A DNA stretch of 64,000 nucleotides, taken from an uncultured Bacilli bacterium. GTDB taxonomy: Bacteria > Bacillota_I > Bacilli_A > RF39 > UBA660. The translations under genes were made by a program, and so were the position numbers. Location: NCBI GenBank assembly GCA_947585595.1, contig CANPXB010000003.1:20301-84300 (forward strand), written 5' to 3'. Shown here one piece after another: positions 37,369 to 45,934 of the stretch; within the stretch, counting starts at the first letter, position 1, and every line of letters begins with the position of its first letter. The notes below the pieces were generated by a model that made no database searches, was not told the origin of the DNA, and saw nothing but the letters and a program-made list of their open reading frames with translations.

Positions 37369-39321
37369 TTCGCTCTTCATTTCAAATAAGATATCTCTTA
37401 ATTCCATAGCTCTTTCAAAATCTAATTGTTTAGCTGCCTCTTTCATTTCTTCTTCAATCTTAATTAGTAATGCTTCTTTATCTTTCTTACTCATCTTAGG
37501 TTTATCTTTCGTACCCTTAGTATCTTCAACCACATTACTAACAACTTCTCTTATTTCTTTAATAATTGTCTTTGGTACAATACCATGTTCTTTATTATAT
37601 TCTTCTTGTATCTTACGACGACGAGCAGTTTCGGTAATGGCTTCTTCCATCGCTTCACTTATAATATCACCATACATAATTACATGGCCATTTTCATTTC
37701 TCGCACATCTACCAATTGTTTGAATTAAACTACGACTACTTCTTAAGAAACCTTGTTTATCAGCGTCCATAATACATATTAAACTAACTTCTGGTATATC
37801 AATACCTTCTCTAAGTAAGTTAATACCTACTACAACATCATATTTACCCATTCTTAACTCTTGAATAATCTTAAGTCTTTCTAAAGTCTTAACTTCATTA
37901 TGTAGATAAGCTACCTTTATACCAACATCTTTTAAGTAATTAGTTAATTCTTCAGCCATTCTAATTGTTAATGTTGTAATTAAGACTCTTTCATTCTTTT
38001 CTTTTCTAATATTAATTTGTTCAATAATATCATCTATTTGTCCTTCAGTCGGTTTAACTTCTATTGTTGGATCAAGTAAACCTGTTGGTCTTATTATCTG
38101 TTCAACATATTGTTGATTAGTCTTCTCTAACTCATAATCACCTGGTGTTGCTGAAATATATATTGCTTGATTTATCTTACTTTCAAACTCATCATACTTT
38201 AAAGGACGATTATCTAAAGCACTAGGTAATCTAAAGCCATAATCAACCAAAGTTTGTTTACGCATCCTGTCTCCATTATACATCCCTCTAACCTGTGGTA
38301 ATGTAACATGTGATTCATCAACAACTAATAAAAAGTCATCAGGAAAGAAATCAATTAAACAAGATGGTGTTTCACCTTCACCTCTTAAAGCTAAATGTCT
38401 TGAATAATTTTCAACACCACTACAAAAACCTGTTTCTTTAAGCATCTCTAAATCATAATTAGTTCTTTCTTTTAATCTCTGTTCTTCAATTAACTTATTA
38501 TTGTTATGTAATACTTCTAATCTATCTTTAAGTTCAGCTTCAATACGTCTTATTGCTTCTTGTAACTTATCTGGACCAGTTACAAAGTGAGAAGCAGGGA
38601 AGATACTAATTGTTTTCTTATTAGCTATAACAACCCCTGTTAAGGGATCAAATGTTGTAATACGATCAACTTCATCTCCAAATAATTCTATCTTTATCCC
38701 ATGTGATTTCTCATTAACTGGTATTATATCAATTGAATCTCCACGTACTCTAAAAGTTCCACGATGAAAATCCAAATCACTTCTTTCATAAGTCATATCA
38801 ATTAATTTATTAATAATATCATTTCTTTTTATCGTATCGCCTACATTTAAAGTAAGCATCATCTTTTCATATTCTTCTTTTTCGCCAATACCATATATAC
38901 AAGATACTGACGCAACAACTATAACATCACGGTTATTAATTAAAGCACTAGTAGCTCCATGTCTAAGTTCATCTATTTCATCATTAATAGAGGCATCTTT
39001 TTCAATATAAGTATCACTTTGTGGTACATAAGCTTCTGGTTGATAATAATCATAATAAGATACAAAGTACTCAACATGATTCTCAGGAAACAATTCTTTA
39101 AACTCTGCATAAAGTTGACCAGCTAAGGTCTTATTATGAGCCAAAACTAAAGTAGGTTTATTAACTTTTGCAATAACATTAGCGATTGTAAAAGTTTTAC
39201 CAGTACCAGTTGCACCCAGTAAAACCTGCTCTTTCTTGCCTTCGTTAATACCTTTAACTAACTCATCGATAGCTTTCGGTTGATCACCACTTGGTTTATA
39301 TTTTGATACTAATTTAAACAT
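37366..39321 (-). CDS. uvrB: Excinuclease ABC subunit B
   Basis: [10 protein letters not shown], Walker A GATGTGKT, the DESH box (VVDESHVT), helicase motifs and the C-terminal UVR domain. Confidence 0.97.
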   Translation of the reverse strand: MFKLVSKYKPSGDQPKAIDELVKGINEGKKEQVLLGATGTGKTFTIANVIAKVNKPTLVLAHNKTLAGQLYAEFKELFPENHVEYFVSYYDYYQPEAYVPQSDTYIEKDASINDEIDELRHGATSALINNRDVIVVASVSCIYGIGEKEEYEKMMLTLNVGDTIKRNDIINKLIDMTYERSDLDFHRGTFRVRGDSIDIIPVNEKSHGIKIELFGDEVDRITTFDPLTGVVIANKKTISIFPASHFVTGPDKLQEAIRRIEAELKDRLEVLHNNNKLIEEQRLKERTNYDLEMLKETGFCSGVENYSRHLALRGEGETPSCLIDFFPDDFLLVVDESHVTLPQVRGMYNGDRMRKQTLVDYGFRLPSALDNRPLKYDEFESKINQAIYISATPGDYELEKTNQQYVEQIIRPTGLLDPTIEVKPTEGQIDDIIEQINIRKEKNERVLITTLTIRMAEELTNYLKDVGIKVAYLHNEVKTLERLKIIQELRMGKYDVVVGINLLREGIDIPEVSLICIMDADKQGFLRSSRSLIQTIGRCARNENGHVIMYGDIISEAMEEAITETARRRKIQEEYNKEHGIVPKTIIKEIREVVSNVVEDTKGTKDKPKMSKKDKEALLIKIEEEMKEAAKQLDFERAMELRDILFEMKSE

Positions 39322-39448
39322 CTACTTCACCTCCATTACTTAAATATCATGCGTCTTTTCCTCAAATGTATTCTAACACTGAATAACATACAAAACAATA
39401 AAACTTATATAAATATTTTTTATAATTTTATTAAATAAAAAAAGATAA

Positions 39449-39685
39449 TCATTCTTCACTCATATCTTCCACATTTATAATAATCTTTTTACATTTCTTA
39501 CAATAATCAGCATTAACTGTACTTTGTAAAAGTAACCAATTCCATTTGGCAATTTTTTTACTATTCTTAGTTTTTGACCAAGTTGACACAGCTATTCTAT
39601 TTTCTTCCATTGGTGTCCAATATAAACTATCATTTACTTGAATTTTCCCTTTTTCCATTGCTGTATTACAATAAGGACAAATCAT
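39449..39685 (-). CDS. Small zinc-ribbon protein
   Basis: CPYC ... CKKC pairs. I prefer the ATG at 39685 (RBS AAAGGAAGTG) over the track GTG. Confidence 0.45.
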   Translation of the reverse strand: MICPYCNTAMEKGKIQVNDSLYWTPMEENRIAVSTWSKTKNSKKIAKWNWLLLQSTVNADYCKKCKKIIINVEDMSEE

Positions 39686-39755
39686 ATAAAACACTTCCTT
39701 TAAATTATATTTTTAAATATTTATCTCTTTGTAGCTAATTATATGTTATATTGAT

Positions 39756-39792
39756 ATTCCGAAAAAAGCAAATTTTTTTGACTTTTCGGAAT
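39756..39792. repeat. Inverted repeat ATTCCGAAAA-N17-TTTTCGGAAT
   Basis: Perfect 10-bp arms in the divergent intergenic region upstream of the second sigma gene. No adjacent T-run, so it is not a typical terminator. Confidence 0.7.
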
Positions 39793-39851
39793 AAAGTTTT
39801 GATAATTAAAATAAATACATCAAAAATTGTAACTTTTTAAACTTTTAAATT

Positions 39852-39863
39852 GTTATATATACG
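39852..39863 (+). repeat. GTTATATATACG motif, copy 2 (here part of an extended -10, TGTTATATA)
   Basis: Identical to 24607-24618. Lies 24 nt upstream of the ATG at 39888. Confidence 0.5.
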
Positions 39864-39887
39864 AAAGTACTTTTAAGAGGTGATTTG

Positions 39888-40382
39888 ATGGAGGAGATAA
39901 ATAAGAAGTTCCTTGAACTATATAATTCATATTCCAACGATGTCTTAAAACTAGCTTTCAACTTTACTAAAAATATCTATGAAGCTGAAGATATAGTTCA
40001 ATCAGTTTATATCAAGTTATTTCAAGAACTAAAAAAGGATTCTACAAAAGAATTTAATAAGAAATGGTTACTTAAAGTAACAGCTAATGAAAGCAAAAAT
40101 ATCTTTAAGAATATATGGCATAAAAGAGTTATCTTAAATGATGAAATACTTCAAAATGAACTTGATATAACTACTTCCCTTAAAGATGATGAACTAACCA
40201 CAGCTTTATTAAAATTACCATTAAAACATCGTAATGTTATTTATTTATATTACTATGATGGTTACAAGATTGACGAAATAGCTGAAATCCTAAAATTAAG
40301 CACTTCAAATGTAAAATCAATACTTTCTAGAGGTAGAGAAAAAATAAAAAATATATTGGAGGATGACAATAATGAAAAGTAA
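39888..40382 (+). CDS. ECF-like sigma-70 family sigma factor (paralogue of 24632-25111)
   Basis: KWLLKVTANESKNIFKNIWHKR and the region-4 HTH DGYKIDEIAEILKLSTSNVKSILSRGR. ATG at 39888 after RBS AAGAGGTGA. Confidence 0.85.
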   Translation: MEEINKKFLELYNSYSNDVLKLAFNFTKNIYEAEDIVQSVYIKLFQELKKDSTKEFNKKWLLKVTANESKNIFKNIWHKRVILNDEILQNELDITTSLKDDELTTALLKLPLKHRNVIYLYYYDGYKIDEIAEILKLSTSNVKSILSRGREKIKNILEDDNNEK

Positions 40383-41175
40383 TAAAACATTTACTTTCTA
40401 TGACAATTTAAAAACATCAGATAATTTAAAACAAAGAATTTTAAATAAGACAATTAACAAAAAAGAAACAAAGTTTAGAAGAATACCTAAATTAGCTTAT
40501 ACTATATCTCTTATTTTATTAGTATCATTTATTAGTTGTTCAATAGTATTTGCAGCTATCTACATGAGTACTACTACATTTAATAAAAGCATTGATGAAT
40601 ATGGCGATTATCATCAAGGAGTAGTTTTAAAAGATCCAGTCGAAATAAAAGATGATGGTACTTATGAAATTAGTCAAGGCATGACATTAGCAGATATTGA
40701 AAACGCCTTAGATATTCAATTTGCTGATAATATTGATAAAAGTAGTGTAGTGAATGAATGTGATATTAAAAGAAATGCTGATGGAAAAATAGAATCAGTT
40801 GAAATATTAATAGACGATTATGTTGATTATTCAGCAGAGAATAGCAAAAGAGAAGGATTTGATAGTAATAAAGATAATTATGAAGGATGGCTTAAAGGAA
40901 AACATCTAAGTTTATATATATCTTTTATGACTCCATATGCATCATCTGAAGTAAAAGAGAAATTCGGTAATTTGTATGATCATTATGCCACTTGTGTAGA
41001 AACAAAACCAATCGAAATAAAACTTAATAAAGTAAATGCTATAGCTTATTACTATAACCCATTTAATTCAAGACATAGTCTGCTTAATTATGCTTCTTTT
41101 ACCTACAATAATATTGCTTATTTTTACGATGGATATTTAGTAAGTAAAGAAGAGGTAATTGATGCTATCGAATAA
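40363..41175 (+). CDS. Putative anti-sigma factor (single TM, DUF4367-like C-terminal domain)
   Basis: 20-nt overlap with the sigma gene. One TM helix. The C-terminus ends in FTYNNIAYFYDGYLVSKEEVIDAIE. Confidence 0.6.
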   Translation: MTIMKSNKTFTFYDNLKTSDNLKQRILNKTINKKETKFRRIPKLAYTISLILLVSFISCSIVFAAIYMSTTTFNKSIDEYGDYHQGVVLKDPVEIKDDGTYEISQGMTLADIENALDIQFADNIDKSSVVNECDIKRNADGKIESVEILIDDYVDYSAENSKREGFDSNKDNYEGWLKGKHLSLYISFMTPYASSEVKEKFGNLYDHYATCVETKPIEIKLNKVNAIAYYYNPFNSRHSLLNYASFTYNNIAYFYDGYLVSKEEVIDAIE

Positions 41176-41243
41176 ATAAGCTTGTATAAATATTATTGTT
41201 GAAACATCTCAATAAACATTTACAACTACCATAAAAAACTTGA

Positions 41244-41267
41244 ATGGGGTAATAAATGGGGTTATAA
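41244..41267 (+). repeat. Tandem 12-bp repeat ATGGGGT(A/T)ATAA x2
   Basis: Read directly from the sequence. The G4 tract is conspicuous in an AT-rich intergenic region. Confidence 0.8.
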
Positions 41268-41345
41268 ATGTAATTAGAATTATAGTCTTGATTATAGGTA
41301 ATTCCTAGCTTCTTCTTATTTTTTGAAAACAAAGGATTTTAAAAA

Positions 41346-41369
41346 GTGGGGTTATAAGTGGGGTTATAA
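41346..41369 (+). repeat. Tandem 12-bp repeat GTGGGGTTATAA x2
   Basis: Read directly from the sequence. Same GGGGTTATAA core as 41244-41267, about 100 bp downstream. Confidence 0.8.
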
Positions 41370-41372
41370 AAG

Positions 41373-41441
41373 TCACGGAATGAATTTGTTAAATTTCACG
41401 GAATGAAAATGTCAAAACTCACGGAATAGAATTCAAAATTA
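41373..41441 (+). repeat. Three 23-bp-spaced direct repeats with core TCACGGAAT(G/A)(A/G)A
   Basis: Cores lie at 41373, 41396 and 41419, an exact 23-bp period. They abut the -35 element of the next promoter. Confidence 0.85.
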
Positions 41442-41460
41442 TGGGAAATTATGCTAAACT
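41432..41460 (+). promoter_or_regulatory. Sigma-A promoter with TG-extended -10
   Basis: -35 TTCAAA, 17-nt spacer, TGcTAAACT. Lies 31 nt upstream of the ATG at 41492. Confidence 0.5.
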
Positions 41461-41491
41461 TAAATTAGCAAGATATCAAAGAGGTGTTTAT

Positions 41492-42214
41492 ATGACATTT
41501 AATGGATATACTGAATTATATTTAGCTATTTCTTTCTGGTTATTTGGAATGGGTTTTTCTGTTTTTTGTATAATGTTAATTGCTATTACAATAGCTAATA
41601 GTTTTAAAAGAATAGAGATAAAAAATTATTTTAAAAATAATGTTATTAAATCTTCTAGTGATACCATAGATGGTAAAAAGAATATTTATATTGATGTAAC
41701 TAAAGGCGAATTAAAAGACTTTAATACTGATGATATTAATGCTTTAAAAAATTATTTCTATGACATCTTTTATAAGTTTGAAACCGCCTATAATAATTTA
41801 GATTATAATACAATGAAAATGCTTAGTACTAGTCAGATATATAATAACTATCATACTGGTATTAGTTTAGATTTAAAAGTAGGTAAGAAAAGAGTAATTA
41901 ATAATATTCAAAGAGTAAATGTTATATTATATGAAATAGATAGTACTATTTCTAAACAAGTAGCATCTCTTATGATTGAAGTATCTTATATTAACTATAC
42001 TTTAGATAAAAATGGTTATGTAATTAGTGGTAATAAAGAAACCCAAGTTAATGAAAAATTTGATATTACTTTTAGAAAAGACTTTGAAAGAAAACCAATT
42101 ACTAAATGTCCAAACTGTGGCGCTAATTTAGAAGGTAGTAAATGTTCTTATTGTGATAGTGTTATAAAAGATGTTGAATTTAAAATAAGTTCAATTAAAA
42201 GAATAATTGATTAG
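41492..42214 (+). CDS. Tim44-like domain membrane protein with a C-terminal zinc ribbon
   Basis: I prefer the ATG at 41492 (RBS AAAGAGGTG). N-terminal TM helix. Tim44/SnoaL-like pattern (FYKFETAYNNLDYNTMKMLST ... EKFDITFRKD). CPNCGA...CSYCDS. Confidence 0.55.
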   Translation: MTFNGYTELYLAISFWLFGMGFSVFCIMLIAITIANSFKRIEIKNYFKNNVIKSSSDTIDGKKNIYIDVTKGELKDFNTDDINALKNYFYDIFYKFETAYNNLDYNTMKMLSTSQIYNNYHTGISLDLKVGKKRVINNIQRVNVILYEIDSTISKQVASLMIEVSYINYTLDKNGYVISGNKETQVNEKFDITFRKDFERKPITKCPNCGANLEGSKCSYCDSVIKDVEFKISSIKRIID

Positions 42215-42236
42215 GTGATAAGTATCACCTTTTTTA
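42213..42236 (+). terminator. Rho-independent terminator
   Basis: Stem AGGTGATA / TATCACCT followed by T5. Confidence 0.75.
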
Positions 42237-42294
42237 TTAAATTTGTATAAAAAATATTCTTTCTTCCCACAATAAAGATAAAGGAGAAAAGAAT

Positions 42295-42729
42295 ATGAAA
42301 GACAAAGAAGAAAAAGATGTTTTAGATGAACTCAATAAAGGCGCTTGTATGGGGCGAGATGCTATCTACTTCATTTTAGAAAAAGTAACGGATAAAAAAT
42401 TAAGAGAAGTATTAGAAAAACAAGGTCAAAAATATAAAGAAATCTTAAGTAAAATAAGTAAGTTATATCCTGAGTATGCTAATAAAGAACCACATGAAAC
42501 TAGTACTATGAATAAAGTAATGACTTGGTATGGTATTGAAATGCGTACTATGATGGATGATAGTACCTCTAAAATAGCTGAACTACTATTACAAGGAACT
42601 AATATGGGTATTATTGAAGGAAGAAGATTACTAAATAACAATAATACTGAAAAAGATGTTCATAACTTATTAAAAGAATATGTTGATATGCAAGAAGATG
42701 CCGTTGAAAAACTAAAACAATTCTTATAA
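42295..42729 (+). CDS. Hypothetical helical-bundle protein
   Basis: RBS AAAGGAG. All-helical. Possibly a ferritin-like or DUF2383-like four-helix bundle, but this is not secure. Confidence 0.45.
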   Translation: MKDKEEKDVLDELNKGACMGRDAIYFILEKVTDKKLREVLEKQGQKYKEILSKISKLYPEYANKEPHETSTMNKVMTWYGIEMRTMMDDSTSKIAELLLQGTNMGIIEGRRLLNNNNTEKDVHNLLKEYVDMQEDAVEKLKQFL

Positions 42730-42754
42730 AAAGCTCACTCTATAGTGAGTTTTT
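42726..42754. repeat. 29-bp direct repeat, copy 1 (ATAAAAAGCTCACTCTATAGTGAGTTTTT); works as a hairpin terminator
   Basis: Identical to 43950-43978. Stem GCTCACT / AGTGAGT with flanking A5/T5 gives a bidirectional terminator. Confidence 0.9.
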
Positions 42755-42790
42755 ATTCTATTTCATATCCAGTAATTTATAAATTAAAAA

Positions 42791-43852
42791 TTATTTATTA
42801 ACACAAATCTTCTCGTTTATTGATTCATTACTTAACTCATTACTTTCTTTCATATCTATTAAAGTAGAATTATTAAAAATGTTTTCTATGTTATCATCAA
42901 AGCTTTTATATGTACTAAATTTAAATTTATATATCAAACCAGCCTTTAGATCATTAGAATTATTTATTCTTACAGTAGCAACTTCTCCTTTATTAGATTT
43001 TAAAGTAACATTAACAAAATCTTTATCATCAGTTTCTGCTATATTAGTAATATGATATGTTCTAGTAAAATAACATATATTGCTTTCTTCTTTACCACAG
43101 TAATTATTATTTAATAATTCAACCATATCTTTTTTTCCAAAATATACATCATAATTATCATCAATAGTATTACATACTATAACTTCATATTTGTTAGATT
43201 TATATATTTTTGTTCCACCATCCGACAATATATATCTTTCAATATTTCCATTCTTATATTGTAATTCTAAATAACTTTTCACATCATTCAGTTTTAATTG
43301 ATTGTATAGTAAAGCACTTTTTAAATCAAAATAATTATTATTTTCATCCATGATTTGTAATGAATCTATTCCATAAAACCATACTTTATATTTATCAGTA
43401 CTCAAAATTACATTACTTTTTGTTTCGGTAGAATCACTTTTAACTATGTTAAGATCAAAAATATTAATTTTAGGGAATTTTTGTTTATAATAAATAATTA
43501 ATAGAAATAATATAACGATTATAATAGTTATAAAAATCAATAAAATACTAATTATTTTATTCATCTTATGTTTTTCTTTTTCTTTAGTATTCATTGTATT
43601 TATAATAGCTTTTTCTACACTATCATTTTTTCTTTTAAGATCTGTTTTTTCACCATTAATTAGTTCTTCTATTGAAATATTTAAGATTTCACATAATGGT
43701 TTAAAAAAAGAAATATCAGGTAGTGTTTTACCATTTTCCCATCTACTAATTGATTTATTTGTTACACCTAATCTTTCAGCTAGTTCTTGTTGAGTTAGTT
43801 TTTGTTTCTTACGTGAACTTGCAATGAATTTTCCAATACGTTCTTGATCCAT
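42791..43852 (-). CDS. Membrane-tethered XRE-family transcriptional regulator
   Basis: N-terminal HTH (KLTQQELAERLGVTNKSISRWENGKTLPD), one TM helix (IISILLIFITIIIVILFLLIIY) and a ~230-aa extracytoplasmic domain. I prefer the ATG at 43852 (RBS AGGAG). Confidence 0.75.
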   Translation of the reverse strand: MDQERIGKFIASSRKKQKLTQQELAERLGVTNKSISRWENGKTLPDISFFKPLCEILNISIEELINGEKTDLKRKNDSVEKAIINTMNTKEKEKHKMNKIISILLIFITIIIVILFLLIIYYKQKFPKINIFDLNIVKSDSTETKSNVILSTDKYKVWFYGIDSLQIMDENNNYFDLKSALLYNQLKLNDVKSYLELQYKNGNIERYILSDGGTKIYKSNKYEVIVCNTIDDNYDVYFGKKDMVELLNNNYCGKEESNICYFTRTYHITNIAETDDKDFVNVTLKSNKGEVATVRINNSNDLKAGLIYKFKFSTYKSFDDNIENIFNNSTLIDMKESNELSNESINEKICVNK

Positions 43853-43949
43853 ATTTTGACTCCTCATAAACAAAATATATCATAAACAATTTAAAACTTA
43901 CAGGACAGAAACTGAGAATTATATAATTTATTTAATTTTAATATTTCAA

Positions 43950-43978
43950 ATAAAAAGCTCACTCTATAGTGAGTTTTT
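43950..43978. repeat. 29-bp direct repeat, copy 2
   Basis: Identical to 42726-42754. It lies in a divergent promoter region where a terminator has no obvious role. Confidence 0.9.
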
Positions 43979-44017
43979 GTGTTATTATAAGAAACATATT
44001 TTAAGTAGGGGATTATT

Positions 44018-44386
44018 ATGGATGAGATTAATAAAGAATATTGGCAAAATGAATTAAAGTGTGCCTTAGAAAGAGAAGGTATTACTGATCCTAATTTTTT
44101 TGCTTTCTTAAAAGGTAAAGTAAGAAGTTACAATGTTAAAGTTGAAGATTTTAATTGGGCTGTCTTTCCCAGAATAGATGCCAATGGTGTTTTAACCGAT
44201 ATTAGTATGGTTGTTCCAACTGTTTATGATATGAAATCCCTTTGTGTTAATATTCATGAATATACTCATGCTTACGAATTATATTTCTGTTTAGGTGAAG
44301 TTTATGTTTGGCACGTTGAAGAAAGTGAAGCTAAAGCTCGTGAAGCTGAACATCGCCTTTTATTACACTATGAAACTAATAAATAA
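44018..44386 (+). CDS. Small protein with an HExxH motif (putative mini metallopeptidase)
   Basis: HEYTHAYE motif. 122 aa. RBS AGGGGA. Confidence 0.35.
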   Translation: MDEINKEYWQNELKCALEREGITDPNFFAFLKGKVRSYNVKVEDFNWAVFPRIDANGVLTDISMVVPTVYDMKSLCVNIHEYTHAYELYFCLGEVYVWHVEESEAKAREAEHRLLLHYETNK

Positions 44387-44409
44387 AATTTGCTCTACTC
44401 CCTATCCAA

Positions 44410-44418
44410 TGTTATAAT
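44410..44418 (+). promoter_or_regulatory. TG-extended -10 element (TGTTATAAT)
   Basis: Lies 29 nt upstream of the 44447 start. Confidence 0.4.
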
Positions 44419-44446
44419 ACATCTCTTAAGAAAAAGGGTGATTTAG

Positions 44447-45856
44447 ATGCCAAAAGATGAAGTAATTATAACTGACTTATTAGATGGTAACATCAAAATC
44501 TTTAGTGAACTTGATAATTACTTTAAAGAAGTAGTTTGTGATAATATTCGTTCCCATCCTAATCGTTTAAATATTTTAAAATCTTGTTTTTCCAAAATCC
44601 AACCCGAATATCCATATCATGCTTTTTTAATGGCCTTTGATTTACCTGAATATGCTTCAATCTGTGAATATATTCTTCTTAAAAACCCATCTATCTTAAC
44701 TAACAATCGATTATTCTATGAATTACTATCTTGTAATCATTGGATAATTGATTATGTTGATACTCATCTTGATCAAGTAGTTGAATCTAACTTTGATAAT
44801 ATCTTCTGTTTACTTAGATATTCTTTTCAGTACCATAAAGATACATGGTTAAATCATTTAATTAATCATCCAGACTTATTAATTAGAATTCATACTATGT
44901 ATACAATGATTTGCGATTTCCCTCATCTTTTTAAAAAGTACTATCCTAATCCAATATCATTACTAAAGGTAACCCATGAAGATGGTAAAGTAGATATCGT
45001 TGATGAATCATACTTATCTAAAATAGCTGTTTTAATTATTCTTAACTTAAATGATTTAACTTTATATCAAGAACTTAAAAACTTTATTTTTACTAACTAT
45101 CCATCTAATACTTTAGCTAGTATTATTGATACTTATATTATTGTTGAAGATGAAGAAATCTTAAAGAAACTTTTATTAGCTGATATCGATGAATTATTTA
45201 AAACTTCTAAAAACTATAAATGGCAATTATATCATTACTATCAAAAACATTTATCACCAGAACTAGTCTCTGATTTTGCCAACCAAATAAGACCATTTGC
45301 TAATTTATTCCCTGATGAAGTAATTGAAGGTATGTCGACACGTGGCTTACTTACTAAATTTATCGAACTAATGCATAAATATTTAGAACTAAGTACTAGA
45401 GCTAAATGTATTAGTAATGTTGGTGAAGGAACTTGTTCTTACGTTTATCGTGTTGGAGATTATATAATTAAATATTCTGATAAAAAATATTCATATGAAG
45501 AAAGTATATGCCCTAATCTATATTTAATAGCTAAAAACTATGAAGAAATAATTAATCGTGATTATTATGGTCATGTAACTGGTGCTTTAGAAGTTCAAAA
45601 GTATTTATCTAAAGTTGTCCTACCAGCAGAGACTGAATTATTAGCTAAATGGCAGAATGCCTTAAAAGAAGAAGGCTACTATCTAGTTGATGACTTAGTT
45701 GGTCAGAAGGTTGGTAGTAATTGCCTTCGCCTTGATGATTATCATGATGCAGATACTAAAGATCCAGAAAACCTACCAGAATGGTTTAAAAAAGATCCTG
45801 TAGTTTTAGTTGATCGTGACTTAATCTATACTTATAAGCCTAGTTCTCATAACTAG
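44447..45856 (+). CDS. Hypothetical 469-aa protein; the C-terminus has a degenerate kinase-like Gly-loop
   Basis: A helical N-terminal ~320 aa is followed by VGEGTCSYVYRVGDYIIKY, LVDDLVGQKVGSN and VLVDRD. Confidence 0.45.
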   Translation: MPKDEVIITDLLDGNIKIFSELDNYFKEVVCDNIRSHPNRLNILKSCFSKIQPEYPYHAFLMAFDLPEYASICEYILLKNPSILTNNRLFYELLSCNHWIIDYVDTHLDQVVESNFDNIFCLLRYSFQYHKDTWLNHLINHPDLLIRIHTMYTMICDFPHLFKKYYPNPISLLKVTHEDGKVDIVDESYLSKIAVLIILNLNDLTLYQELKNFIFTNYPSNTLASIIDTYIIVEDEEILKKLLLADIDELFKTSKNYKWQLYHYYQKHLSPELVSDFANQIRPFANLFPDEVIEGMSTRGLLTKFIELMHKYLELSTRAKCISNVGEGTCSYVYRVGDYIIKYSDKKYSYEESICPNLYLIAKNYEEIINRDYYGHVTGALEVQKYLSKVVLPAETELLAKWQNALKEEGYYLVDDLVGQKVGSNCLRLDDYHDADTKDPENLPEWFKKDPVVLVDRDLIYTYKPSSHN

Positions 45857-45869
45857 ACTTTTTAATTTG

Positions 45870-45878
45870 TGGTATAAT
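45870..45878 (+). promoter_or_regulatory. TG-extended -10 element (TGgTATAAT)
   Basis: Lies 57 nt upstream of the 45935 start. Confidence 0.45.
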
Positions 45879-45934
45879 AAGGTGGTTCGAAGAAAAAAAT
45901 CTTGATTATGATTTAAGTAGTTAAGAGGTGCAGT

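Larger units (their letters stand above)
42755..43978. mobile_element. Possible single-gene insertion cassette bounded by a duplicated terminator
   Basis: Perfect 29-bp direct repeats flank exactly one oppositely oriented gene. No recombinase is present. Confidence 0.35.

Noticed and set aside
39322-39448. Search for a LexA/Cheo SOS box (CGAAC-N4-GTTCG) upstream of uvrB, and within 61700-61783 upstream of uvrA
   Set aside because: No GAAC-N4-GTTC-like sequence was found by eye. I therefore make no claim about SOS regulation.
41244-41441. Repeat cluster considered as a CRISPR array
   Set aside because: The units are 12 or 23 bp and are contiguous or nearly so, without unique spacers of 25-40 bp. 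No cas genes are in the window.
42426-42641. 71-aa minus-strand ORF inside the 42295-42729 gene
   Set aside because: It is embedded antisense. The plus-strand ORF has the strong RBS AAAGGAG and is followed by a terminator.
42733-42750. CTCACTCTATAGTGAG, superficially reminiscent of the T7 promoter core (CTCACTATAG)
   Set aside because: It is only a palindromic hairpin stem. The TAATACGA upstream part of the T7 promoter is lacking. Its position and flanking A/T runs fit a terminator.
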